Assembly (NCBI GenBank): GCA_018238155.1
Contig: JABCTZ010000007.1
Span: 96,001-160,000, forward strand
DNA from: Candidatus Heimdallarchaeota archaeon
Lineage (GTDB): Archaea; Asgardarchaeota; Heimdallarchaeia; JABLTI01
DNA: 64,000 bases
Direction of reading: 5' to 3'
The translations under genes were made by a program, and so were the position numbers. Position 1 is the stretch's first letter; every line of letters begins with the position of its first letter. This document shows positions 38,939 to 51,318 of the stretch, one piece after another. The notes under the pieces are model-generated. The model worked only from the letters and a program-made list of their open reading frames with translations, was not told where the DNA came from and ran no database searches.

Positions 38939-41900
38939 ATGTCTGAGACCGAAAAAATAACAATTGAGGATAGATGGGTTCTTATTGAATCAATGGTTAA
39001 GGAACTTGGCCTTGTACGACAGCATCTGGATAGTTATAATGAATTTATTCAAAATGGGATGCAAAATGTTGTAAAAGAAATTGGTAGTATTAAGCCTGAA
39101 ATTCCTAATTATTATGTAAAGATCAATAAAATCGATATGGATCCTCCCAATATACGAGAAGCTGATGGATCATTAAATAATATTTTTCCAAGTGAAGCTC
39201 GAATAAGAAATCTAACATACACAGCACCATTATATCTCGATATGACTCCAATTCGAGTTGATGAAGCTGGTAACGAAATTCCAAGAGAAACTTCTAGAGT
39301 ATTTGTTGGTCGTATGCCAATTATGCTCAAATCTAAAGTTTGCCCTCTTAGTAGAATGACGAAAGAGGAGTTAATAAAAGCCGGTGAAGATCCTAATGAT
39401 CCTGGTGGATATTTTGTCATTAATGGCAGTGAAAGGGTTCTAGTAACTCAAGAAGATTTAGCTCCAAATCGTATTTTGATTGAGAAGAAAACTGGTAGCG
39501 TAACAAGTATGGCTAAAGTGTTCAGCACAGCTCAAGGTGTGCGCGCACCTGTCACTATGGAACGCTCTCGAGATGGTAGTTTAAACGTTAGTTTTCCATC
39601 CGTTCCTAGAAAAATTCCTTTTGTTGTACTTATGAAAGCTTTAGGCTTATCTTCCGATAAAGCAATTGTAGAAGCAGTTTCAGATAAAACTGATGTTCGG
39701 AAAGAATTAATTCCATCATTGGATGAAGCCTCAGAGGTTAGTGATGAAGATAGAGCTCTTGATTTTATTGGCAAACGAGTTGCTGTAGGTCAAACAATTG
39801 ATTATCGAATTAAAAGAGCTCGTGAAATATTAAATCGATATTTACTCAGACATATTGGGACGAAAGAAGAACATAGATTTGGTAAAGCATTCTTTCTCGG
39901 TCAAATGGCACAACGTTTACTCGAGCTTGAATTAGATAAGCGTGAGGAAGATGATAAAGATCATTATTCAAATAAAAGGCTTAAACTCTCTGGAGAATCA
40001 CTTATTTCTCTATTCAGAGTAGCTTTTATGAGCTTATGCCGAGATATTAAATATCAACTCGAAAGAACAGCTGTACGTGGTAGAACACCTAACATTAGAA
40101 CTGCTGTAAGAGCTGATGTTATTACTGAAAGATTAAGACATGCCCTAGCAACTGGTAATTGGGTAGGTGGAAAAGCTGGAGTTAGTCAATTACTTAATAG
40201 AACTAATTACCTCTCAACTCTGAGTCATTTGAGAAGAGTTGTAAGTCCATTAAGTCGAAACCAACCTCATTTTGAAGCAAGAGATTTGCATCCAACTCAC
40301 TTCGGTAAGATATGTCCAAGTGAAACACCTGAAGGACCAAATTGTGGTTTAGTAAAGAATCTTGCATTAGATGCTTACATCAGTGTTGGGACAAATGAAA
40401 AAAACATTGAAGATTTCCTTTATACTCTTGGTTTAAATAAACTACAAAACTTACAATCAACTGATTCAACAAAAATATTTCTTAATGGTCGCTTACTAGG
40501 CTCACATCCAGATCCTAAGGGATTTGTTAATGATGTCCGAAAAGCGCGGAGAAAAAATTTGATTAGTTCTGAAGTTAATATCAACTTTTATGATGATATT
40601 CAAGAAGTTCAAGTTAACAGTGATCATGGTAGAGTAAGAAGACCAATTATTGTTATTGACAAAGGAAAGATTAAACTTGATAAAAAACATGTTGAAAAGA
40701 TCACTTCAGGTGCTTGGAGTTGGCATGATTTAATTCAAAGAGGAATTCTAGAATACATTGATGCAGAAGAAGAAGAGAGTGCCTATATTGCTATGCAAAT
40801 AGAGGATTTAGAAAAAGATACTGGTCATACACATTTAGAGATTGCTCCAAGTTCAATTTTAGGTATTTGTGCTTCACTTATTCCTTTTGCTGAGCATAAT
40901 CAATCTCCAAGAAACACTTACGAGTCTGCAATGGCTAAACAAGCATTAGGTATGTATGCTGCAAATTATCGAATAAGAGTTGACACTCGATCTCACATTC
41001 TCTTTTATTCCCAGAAACCACTTGTTAAAACTCATGGAATGGACATTATCAATTTTGATAAACGTCCCGCAGGGCAAAACGTGGTAATAGCTTTATTGAG
41101 CTATGAAGGCTATAATATGGAAGATGCAATCATTTTCAATAAACAATCAATTGAACGTGGATTAGCTAGATCAGCTTTCTTCAGACGATATGAAGCAGAA
41201 GAACGACGATATCCCGCAGGTCAAGAAGATAAATTTGAGCGTATGAGTAAAGAAGTCAGAGGCTTTAGACCACCTGAAGCATATGTTCATTTAAGTTCTG
41301 ATGGTATTGTTGAACCAGAAAGTCAACTTAAAGGCGATCAAGTACTTATTGGTAGAACTTCTCCACCAAGATTTCTTGAAGAATATAGTGAATTTGAAGT
41401 ACGTGCTCCAATTAGACATGAAACCAGTATTAGTATGCGTCATAGTGAAGAAGGGTTTGTCGATACTGTTATCTTAACCGAAACAAGCGATGGTAATCGT
41501 TTAGTTAAAGTTAAGATGAGAGATATGCGCATTCCTGAATTGGGTGATAAGTTTGCTTCACGACATGGACAAAAAGGCGTAATTGGTTTAATCGCACCCC
41601 CCGAAGACTTACCATTTACTTCTGAAGGGATCGTTCCTGATATTATTGTTAATTGCCATGCTATACCTTCAAGAATGACCATTGGTCAAATTCTTGAGAC
41701 TATGGCTGCAGTGTACGGAACAAAAATAGGCACAGTGGTTGATGCAACACCTTTTGAAGGAATTCCTTCCGATTATTTAGTTCAAGAAATGAAAAAATTA
41801 GGCTTGAACTATTATGGAAAACAAGCAATGTATAATGGCATTACAGGTAGAAAATATGATGTTGATATTTTCATGGGTATTGCTTATTATCAAAAACTTC

Positions 41901-42280
41901 ACCATTTAGTAAAGGATAAAACTCATGCTCGTGCAAGAGGTCCTGTCCAAATTCTCACAAGGCAACCAACAGAGGGTCGTGCAAGAGAAGGTGGTTTGCG
42001 ATTTGGTGAAATGGAACGTGATTGTTTAGTAGGACATGGAGCAGCTTTGCTCCTGAAAGAGCGTTTACTTGAAGAATCAGATAAAACGAACATCAACGTT
42101 TGTGGTAACTGTGGAGTAATCGCGACTTATGATAGAAACAGAGACAAATACCTTTGTCCAATATGCAAAGGTGAGTCTGAAGTATCAAATGTAGTGATGA
42201 GCTATGCATTCAAATTGCTTTTACAAGAACTAACATCTCTTGGAATGGCTCCAAAATTAATATTAAAGGATATGGCTTAG
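38939..42280 (+). CDS. rpoB: DNA-directed RNA polymerase subunit B (Rpo2, unsplit)
   Basis: GGYFVINGSERV, ETPEG.NCGL, GDKFASRHGQKG, GGLRFGEMERD, Zn ribbon. Confidence 0.98.
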   Translation: MSETEKITIEDRWVLIESMVKELGLVRQHLDSYNEFIQNGMQNVVKEIGSIKPEIPNYYVKINKIDMDPPNIREADGSLNNIFPSEARIRNLTYTAPLYLDMTPIRVDEAGNEIPRETSRVFVGRMPIMLKSKVCPLSRMTKEELIKAGEDPNDPGGYFVINGSERVLVTQEDLAPNRILIEKKTGSVTSMAKVFSTAQGVRAPVTMERSRDGSLNVSFPSVPRKIPFVVLMKALGLSSDKAIVEAVSDKTDVRKELIPSLDEASEVSDEDRALDFIGKRVAVGQTIDYRIKRAREILNRYLLRHIGTKEEHRFGKAFFLGQMAQRLLELELDKREEDDKDHYSNKRLKLSGESLISLFRVAFMSLCRDIKYQLERTAVRGRTPNIRTAVRADVITERLRHALATGNWVGGKAGVSQLLNRTNYLSTLSHLRRVVSPLSRNQPHFEARDLHPTHFGKICPSETPEGPNCGLVKNLALDAYISVGTNEKNIEDFLYTLGLNKLQNLQSTDSTKIFLNGRLLGSHPDPKGFVNDVRKARRKNLISSEVNINFYDDIQEVQVNSDHGRVRRPIIVIDKGKIKLDKKHVEKITSGAWSWHDLIQRGILEYIDAEEEESAYIAMQIEDLEKDTGHTHLEIAPSSILGICASLIPFAEHNQSPRNTYESAMAKQALGMYAANYRIRVDTRSHILFYSQKPLVKTHGMDIINFDKRPAGQNVVIALLSYEGYNMEDAIIFNKQSIERGLARSAFFRRYEAEERRYPAGQEDKFERMSKEVRGFRPPEAYVHLSSDGIVEPESQLKGDQVLIGRTSPPRFLEEYSEFEVRAPIRHETSISMRHSEEGFVDTVILTETSDGNRLVKVKMRDMRIPELGDKFASRHGQKGVIGLIAPPEDLPFTSEGIVPDIIVNCHAIPSRMTIGQILETMAAVYGTKIGTVVDATPFEGIPSDYLVQEMKKLGLNYYGKQAMYNGITGRKYDVDIFMGIAYYQKLHHLVKDKTHARARGPVQILTRQPTEGRAREGGLRFGEMERDCLVGHGAALLLKERLLEESDKTNINVCGNCGVIATYDRNRDKYLCPICKGESEVSNVVMSYAFKLLLQELTSLGMAPKLILKDMA

Positions 42281-42293
42281 GAGGAAAAAAAGG

Positions 42294-46233
<3,940 letters not shown>

Positions 46234-46243
46234 ATAACAATTC

Positions 46244-46275
46244 AACATTAGGGAATAATTTAAATTCCCTATGTT
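46244..46275 (+). other. Intergenic stem-loop between rpoA2 and rpl30e
   Basis: AACATTAGGGAAT-AATTTAA-ATTCCCTATGTT inverted repeat. Confidence 0.5.
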
Positions 46276-46328
46276 AAAACAACAAAAAGTTACTTTGAGA
46301 TAACTAACAAATGTTGGAGTAAAGTAAA

Positions 46329-46634
46329 ATGTCATTCGATTTGAATAGAGAAATACAAATTATCGCTAGAACCGGTAAAAAAGATTATGGTATAAAACGA
46401 ACACTCAAAGCTTCAAAGCTTGGTAGGTCAAAATTGGTCATCCTTGCAAAAAATTGCATGGCTACCGAGAGATCACATATAGAATATTACTGCTCTTTAG
46501 CTTCTATACCAATTGTTGAATACAATGGAAATGGATATGAGCTTGGTGCTCTTTGTGGTAGAGAACATGTTGTATCTTCAATTTCTGTGTATGATACTGG
46601 TGACAGTAAAATATTGAAAGCGTTGAAGAAGTAA
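46329..46634 (+). CDS. rpl30e: 50S ribosomal protein L30e (eL30)
   Basis: TGK..G...T.K....G.SKLVILA.N, ELG.LCGR, D.GDS.I; operon position. Confidence 0.96.
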   Translation: MSFDLNREIQIIARTGKKDYGIKRTLKASKLGRSKLVILAKNCMATERSHIEYYCSLASIPIVEYNGNGYELGALCGREHVVSSISVYDTGDSKILKALKK

Positions 46635-46672
46635 CACTAGAAAATTTCTAATAATGTAGGTCGTGTAGTGAA

Positions 46673-47113
46673 CTGTCTTCTGGCATAAAAATTAACCTTG
46701 ATGAAATGAAAACTATGGATATATTCTCCAGTATAACACGAATCAGCCCCAAAGACTGTATAATAGACAAAAGACTCGATCGAATTATTTTTCTGGTGAA
46801 ACAAGGATACGTTGGTAATGCAATTGGTCGCAATGGAATATACATCAAAAAACTCAAAACTGTTTTAGGAAAAGAAATAGAGATTGTTGAGGATGATGAA
46901 CAACCCGAGAGATTCATTCAGAATGCTCTGGTTCCTGCTTCAATTGAAAAAGTTGCTGTTGTTAAAAGAAAAGATAAACCAACATTAGCTTTTGTTACAA
47001 TAAAACGTGATCAAAGAGGTTTAGCTATTGGTAAAGAAGGACGTAATATTGAGCGTGCAAGATTACTAGCTAAACGGCATTTTGACATAGAAAACGTTAT
47101 CTTAAGCGATTAG
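46673..47113 (+). CDS. nusA: Archaeal NusA (KH domains); probable CTG start 11 codons upstream of ATG 46706
   Basis: DCII, AIGRNG..IK, GKEIEIVE, AIGKEGRNI.RA..LA.RHF; the upstream in-frame segment (M)SSGIKINLDEMK resembles the usual NusA N-terminus. Confidence 0.93.
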   Translation: MSSGIKINLDEMKTMDIFSSITRISPKDCIIDKRLDRIIFLVKQGYVGNAIGRNGIYIKKLKTVLGKEIEIVEDDEQPERFIQNALVPASIEKVAVVKRKDKPTLAFVTIKRDQRGLAIGKEGRNIERARLLAKRHFDIENVILSD

Positions 47114-47140
47114 CGTTTTCCTTATATTATTTTTAAATCA

Positions 47141-47367
47141 AACCATTATTGAGTTTAGGAACCCGAATACTTTCGGTTAACTCCATTGTTGGTTCTTTTA
47201 TAATCTAATCCTTATAGTCTTATACATAAGAAGAACACATAACTTTTGGATTGATACCTCGGCAATATCATCTCCTCGGCAAGAGACTTAAAATTTAGTG
47301 ATCTTCTTATGTGCACCTCGCACATACTTTGCTACTATGAAAAGGGGCTTTTTTCCCGCGCCCCTCA
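47141..47367 (-). ncRNA. Candidate structured non-coding RNA of unknown class
   Basis: Minus strand has a TATA-like AATATAAA about 25 nt upstream; 5' hairpin AGGGGC/GCCCCU; long stem ACAUAAGAAGA/UCUUCUUAUGU enclosing two hairpins with identical UGCCGAG loops; 3' multi-stem hairpin. G-U pairs favour the minus strand. Confidence 0.5.
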
Positions 47368-47427
47368 TTCATTTTAATTGTAGCTTTATATTGAAAGTTT
47401 ATCATAGAAAATTGAGGATGTCATTCA

Positions 47428-48831
47428 GTGAGCAAAGTTGATCGGAAAATTGTGCCCAGAGGTTATCAAAAATTAATTCTTGATTTAATAAAATTCCATT
47501 TAGACAAGGACAAAAGTGTTATCTTGGAATTAGATTGTGGTATGGGGAAAAGAGTAATCACTTACGAATTATTGACTTCATTATTTCCAGACAAGAAAAT
47601 ATTGTTAATTGTTCTTTCATCTTCATCACTTGTTGAGACAAAGGAATTTTTAGTCAATGAATATGGAGGAGTTGAAGGCTTTAATTGGATAGGTCCAGGC
47701 ATTGGTAATTCATATGCTCAAAAGATGTTGAAAGACTCTCGAGTAATATTATGTACTCCTCAAAAATTGGCAAATACCCTGCAGAAAGCTGCTGCAGGAA
47801 TTGCAGAAAGTTTTGATTTAGTTCTCATTAATGAAGTAGATAAATTAGTTCGAAGAGTCGGTTCCAGAAGGGTTCTTGTATATCCTTGGACGACACTTTT
47901 TGAAAAATTAAAAAATTCACTTGTTATTGGAATGAGTGGAACTCTGCGAGATTCACACTATATTCTCGATCAAGATCAAATAGAAATGCGTCAAGAGCTT
48001 GATACTCTGATGGAATATATTCCAAATACTGAATTAATTTACATGGATTATTTAGCTGGAACTGATGTTGGTGAATTTACTAAAGAAACCAGTGTAGAAG
48101 CGGTTCCAGTAATAGATTCCACAATAGCTGAAATATCATGTATTATTGGTGACCAATTAAGAGAAGCATATAAAGAAATCAGGTTAGAACTCGAGAGAGA
48201 AAATCCTTCTTATTTAAAGCAAGTTCAAGAAATAGGTCCACAGGCTTTATTACAAGCACCTGTTTCAGAAGAAATAAGAGGGAAGGCCCAATCATTGACT
48301 TTGATTCGAAAGTATCTGTTTGCAATGGTTCCACAACAGTTGAAAAAATTCCTTTGGAAAATACCTGATGTGAATGCCAATAACTTATCAGTAACTCCTC
48401 AGAAAATATTGAAAGTAGTTGAAATAGCTCAGTCTTCTAAAAAAACAGTTGTTATTTGTTCATATATAACCACAGCAAAAAAAGTTGTTAGTTTTCTAAC
48501 AAAAGTAAAGATAAAAGCTTTTTTACTTACAGGTCAAGTTTTTGATAAAAATGCTGTTTTGCAAGCATTTAGAAATTATGATGGGCGTGCTGTTTTAATA
48601 ATGTCTCCTGTTGGAGAACGTGATATTGATTTACCGGAAGCAGAGAAATTGATTATTTTTGATTGTGTTAGAACAACAAAAACAGTGTACCAACAGCTGA
48701 AAAGAATTCGTGGTGGACGTGGAATTTTTCTCTATTATGAAGATACATATGAAGCTAAAAAAGTTAATTCTGTAATAAACACAATACTCGAAAGATATCC
48801 ATGGAGCACAAAATTAATTGATGTTCAATAA
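47428..48831 (+). CDS. SF2 helicase-like protein (Hef/FANCM-type core) with degenerate ATPase motifs
   Basis: PRGYQ; motif I LDCGMGKR; TPQKL; motif II INEVD; GMSGT; motif V SPVGERDIDLP; motif VI QQLKRIRGG. Confidence 0.8.
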   Translation: MSKVDRKIVPRGYQKLILDLIKFHLDKDKSVILELDCGMGKRVITYELLTSLFPDKKILLIVLSSSSLVETKEFLVNEYGGVEGFNWIGPGIGNSYAQKMLKDSRVILCTPQKLANTLQKAAAGIAESFDLVLINEVDKLVRRVGSRRVLVYPWTTLFEKLKNSLVIGMSGTLRDSHYILDQDQIEMRQELDTLMEYIPNTELIYMDYLAGTDVGEFTKETSVEAVPVIDSTIAEISCIIGDQLREAYKEIRLELERENPSYLKQVQEIGPQALLQAPVSEEIRGKAQSLTLIRKYLFAMVPQQLKKFLWKIPDVNANNLSVTPQKILKVVEIAQSSKKTVVICSYITTAKKVVSFLTKVKIKAFLLTGQVFDKNAVLQAFRNYDGRAVLIMSPVGERDIDLPEAEKLIIFDCVRTTKTVYQQLKRIRGGRGIFLYYEDTYEAKKVNSVINTILERYPWSTKLIDVQ

Positions 48832-48865
48832 CACCAAAAATAAAAAGAAAAATTAAATGAGTTGA

Positions 48866-50155
48866 TCACTCATTTTTACTTGGTATTTGATTGGGAATAT
48901 CCTTCATTAATTCCAATTGTAATTGAAGAAGTTTTGCCCATGATTTAGCGTTTTGAACAGCACCAACATCAACAAATCCTTCAACTTGGTCAAAGATTTG
49001 GTTTAAAATGTCAAAGATTTTCAAAATTAATAATTCACTGGACTCAGTCGGTACAGCTAACAGTTTTTCTTTGGTTTTCTGTATATTCTCCTTTATTGCT
49101 TTAAGTTCAACACGCAATTGATCCTGTTCTTTAGGACTTACAGTAGTAAAAGCTATAGGACTTATAGAAATAGTCTGACGCATATCTTTAGAATCTGAAA
49201 AGCTTAATCGAGCAGAAAGATTCAATTTTTGTGTTTCTTCTAAAACATCTTGAGATTTAACAATACATCTCCAAGTTAACGCTGTCGCAGAATTTGGTTG
49301 TATTTCTTTGACTTTCAATTTACTAAATTCTCTTACAATTGTTACTTCTTTCTTTGGAACCATTTCCAATTCAACGTCGTAAGCAATATCTTCACCAGTA
49401 TTAGTGATTAAAACTTCTATGTCGAACCCATTATCAATGGTTACTTCTCCATCCAACTTTAATTCATAATTTAATACTGGATATTTTTGTGATGAATTGA
49501 TGAAGTTTTCTACACCAAGAACAGTTCGCTCAACATAGGCGGTAAACTCTGACAACCCACTATTAGTTAAAGCGGGAACAAGACTTGTATAAATCAACGT
49601 TTTTACATTATTCATCAGTCTTATGTCGAGCTGATTTTTTGCTAACATTAATTGTATTGGTAAATCGACTATTGCATTTGCCGCAGAATCGTGTCGTAAA
49701 GCATCAATGCGTGTTCGCACTTGCTCAACAACCTGTTGTGCCTGTTCATCTTGAGATACTAGTATGAACAAAATCGATGAAGTAGCATAACATACACCTG
49801 CACCAACGGGTTGTTTCCAGACAATGTATTCATCACCTGCAACAACTAGATCTTGTGCAGCAAGAGAAATAGCTTGAGCGGCTTCATTTTCAATGCCTAA
49901 TTTTGCAAAAATATCTGCTGCGTGCACTAAAGCTTTTGCGGAATTTTTATGGGTTTTACCATCACGCAATGCTTGGGACCATTCCAGAAAGAGCTTTGCA
50001 GCATCCATCCAAGCTTCTTTAGCTTTTTCTTGATCGTTTGTTCCTTCATAGTACGTGGCCACTTGTTCAGCCTTCGCTACTGCACTCGTATAATCTTTTT
50101 CATTAACAGCTGCTCGTAATTCTTCTCGTAGCATTCTTTCATTCTCGCCGGACAG
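48866..50155 (-). CDS. Cytoplasmic alpha-SNAP/TPR-like solenoid + Ig-like domain + C-terminal helices; probable CTG start at 50155
   Basis: Ala-rich repeats A..AW..AA, SA.AL..AA.IF.KLG, AG.CY..S; Ig-like ITNTGE..A.DV...IQPN; no signal peptide; GAGGAGG 8 nt before an in-frame CTG. Confidence 0.7.
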   Translation of the reverse strand: MSGENERMLREELRAAVNEKDYTSAVAKAEQVATYYEGTNDQEKAKEAWMDAAKLFLEWSQALRDGKTHKNSAKALVHAADIFAKLGIENEAAQAISLAAQDLVVAGDEYIVWKQPVGAGVCYATSSILFILVSQDEQAQQVVEQVRTRIDALRHDSAANAIVDLPIQLMLAKNQLDIRLMNNVKTLIYTSLVPALTNSGLSEFTAYVERTVLGVENFINSSQKYPVLNYELKLDGEVTIDNGFDIEVLITNTGEDIAYDVELEMVPKKEVTIVREFSKLKVKEIQPNSATALTWRCIVKSQDVLEETQKLNLSARLSFSDSKDMRQTISISPIAFTTVSPKEQDQLRVELKAIKENIQKTKEKLLAVPTESSELLILKIFDILNQIFDQVEGFVDVGAVQNAKSWAKLLQLQLELMKDIPNQIPSKNE

Positions 50156-50190
50156 TATTGTTGCCTCCTCAAACGAAAATATGAATTAAC

Positions 50191-50213
50191 CATCATTAAT
50201 TCGATTAATGATG
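50191..50213. promoter_or_regulatory. Perfect 10-bp inverted repeat upstream of the SNAP-like gene
   Basis: CATCATTAAT-TCG-ATTAATGATG. Confidence 0.5.
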
Positions 50214-50498
50214 AAAATTGTTCGCTTCTAGTATTTAATGAGAATATCCCTTTTTATGAATTATGTTAGCTAACTTCCATTTCATAAATCTATTTTTATC
50301 AAATTACATGTATATAATGGTCCTCTCACAAGAAAACAAAATTAAACAAGTAATCTGCAATAACAAAATCTACAAATCTGTTTATTGATAAAAAGTATTA
50401 TTTTCTATTCTCAAGTTGTTTATCTTTTTGTTTATTTTTCCTCCCCATTTGCTTTAAATAAAAGTATTGAGGAGAATAGCTTAACTATTAGATATATA

Positions 50499-50801
50499 GT
50501 GAATAAATTTTTGAAAATTACAGAAATTGTTACATACGTAAAGGAAGAGCTTAAAGAAAAATACAATCTTGACTTTCAAGTAGAAGAAAAATATGGAGAT
50601 GGAAAAACCTTTGGAATAGAAGTTGCTTTTCCAGTAAAATTATTAGAATTAATTAAATCAAAAAACAGTTATTTTATTACCGGTGATGATGTTTTTAATT
50701 TACTCTGTAAACATGGATTTACAAGTGAACTATATCTGATAAATACAACATCTGACTTTCTATACTTGATTTTTAGTAATGAAAAAAAAGGTAAAAAATG
50801 A
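50499..50801 (+). CDS. Small hypothetical protein (about 100 aa)
   Basis: The 3' part of ORF 50385..50801 has protein-like composition; the 5' part overlaps AT-rich promoter-like DNA, so GTG 50499 is preferred. Confidence 0.55.
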   Translation: MNKFLKITEIVTYVKEELKEKYNLDFQVEEKYGDGKTFGIEVAFPVKLLELIKSKNSYFITGDDVFNLLCKHGFTSELYLINTTSDFLYLIFSNEKKGKK

Positions 50802-50835
50802 GTAAAAGATGATTAAGAGGATTTCTGCTTACTAT

Positions 50836-51177
50836 TTACCGAAGATACGATGCTATTTCATTAGCAATTTCTTCACGTAATCTAGCAACATCACGAATTT
50901 CTAATTCTTCTGCTTGTTTTATTGTTTCCTTTAATTGAACAACACCACCAATAGTTGCTATAGAATCAAAAGATAGTTGAAACTCTACATCTAATCCCTT
51001 AATAATAACATTAACTTTAGTAGGTGGAAAAGTTATTTTTACATTTCTTATTACACCGATTTTACGAGCAGAAGAATCAATGACTTCCTTGCCAATTAAT
51101 TGACCTGGAATACTTAGTTCATATAGCTCTGCCATTATGCTAGCTGTTTCAGCTGTTTTATTATTCTTTTTAGGCAT
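50836..51177 (-). CDS. PRC-barrel domain protein with C-terminal amphipathic helix
   Basis: LIGKEVIDSSARKIGVIRNV...SFDSIATIGGVVQLK PRC-barrel pattern; GGAGG before ATG 51177. Confidence 0.82.
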   Translation of the reverse strand: MPKKNNKTAETASIMAELYELSIPGQLIGKEVIDSSARKIGVIRNVKITFPPTKVNVIIKGLDVEFQLSFDSIATIGGVVQLKETIKQAEELEIRDVARLREEIANEIASYLR

Positions 51178-51318
51178 TTTAATCCTCCATACGCAATTTT
51201 GATACTCGCTCAAATCATTTCTGCTTTCTCAATAAAAAGAGTTTTAGAACTAGTTAATAAAGTATTTTGTTATAGAGATGACACTTATTTAAAGAAAAAA
51301 GAGGAAAGTAAATGGAAG

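Noticed and set aside
47141-47368. SRP RNA, RNase P RNA, an rRNA fragment or a 26-codon ORF as the identity of the structured region
   Set aside because: No SRP helix-8 CAGG/AGCA loop and no RNase P GAGGAAAGUCC/P4 pairing. The CATAGTAGCA resemblance to 23S rRNA is too short to support. The ORF (MRGAGKKPLF...) is short and unrecognised.
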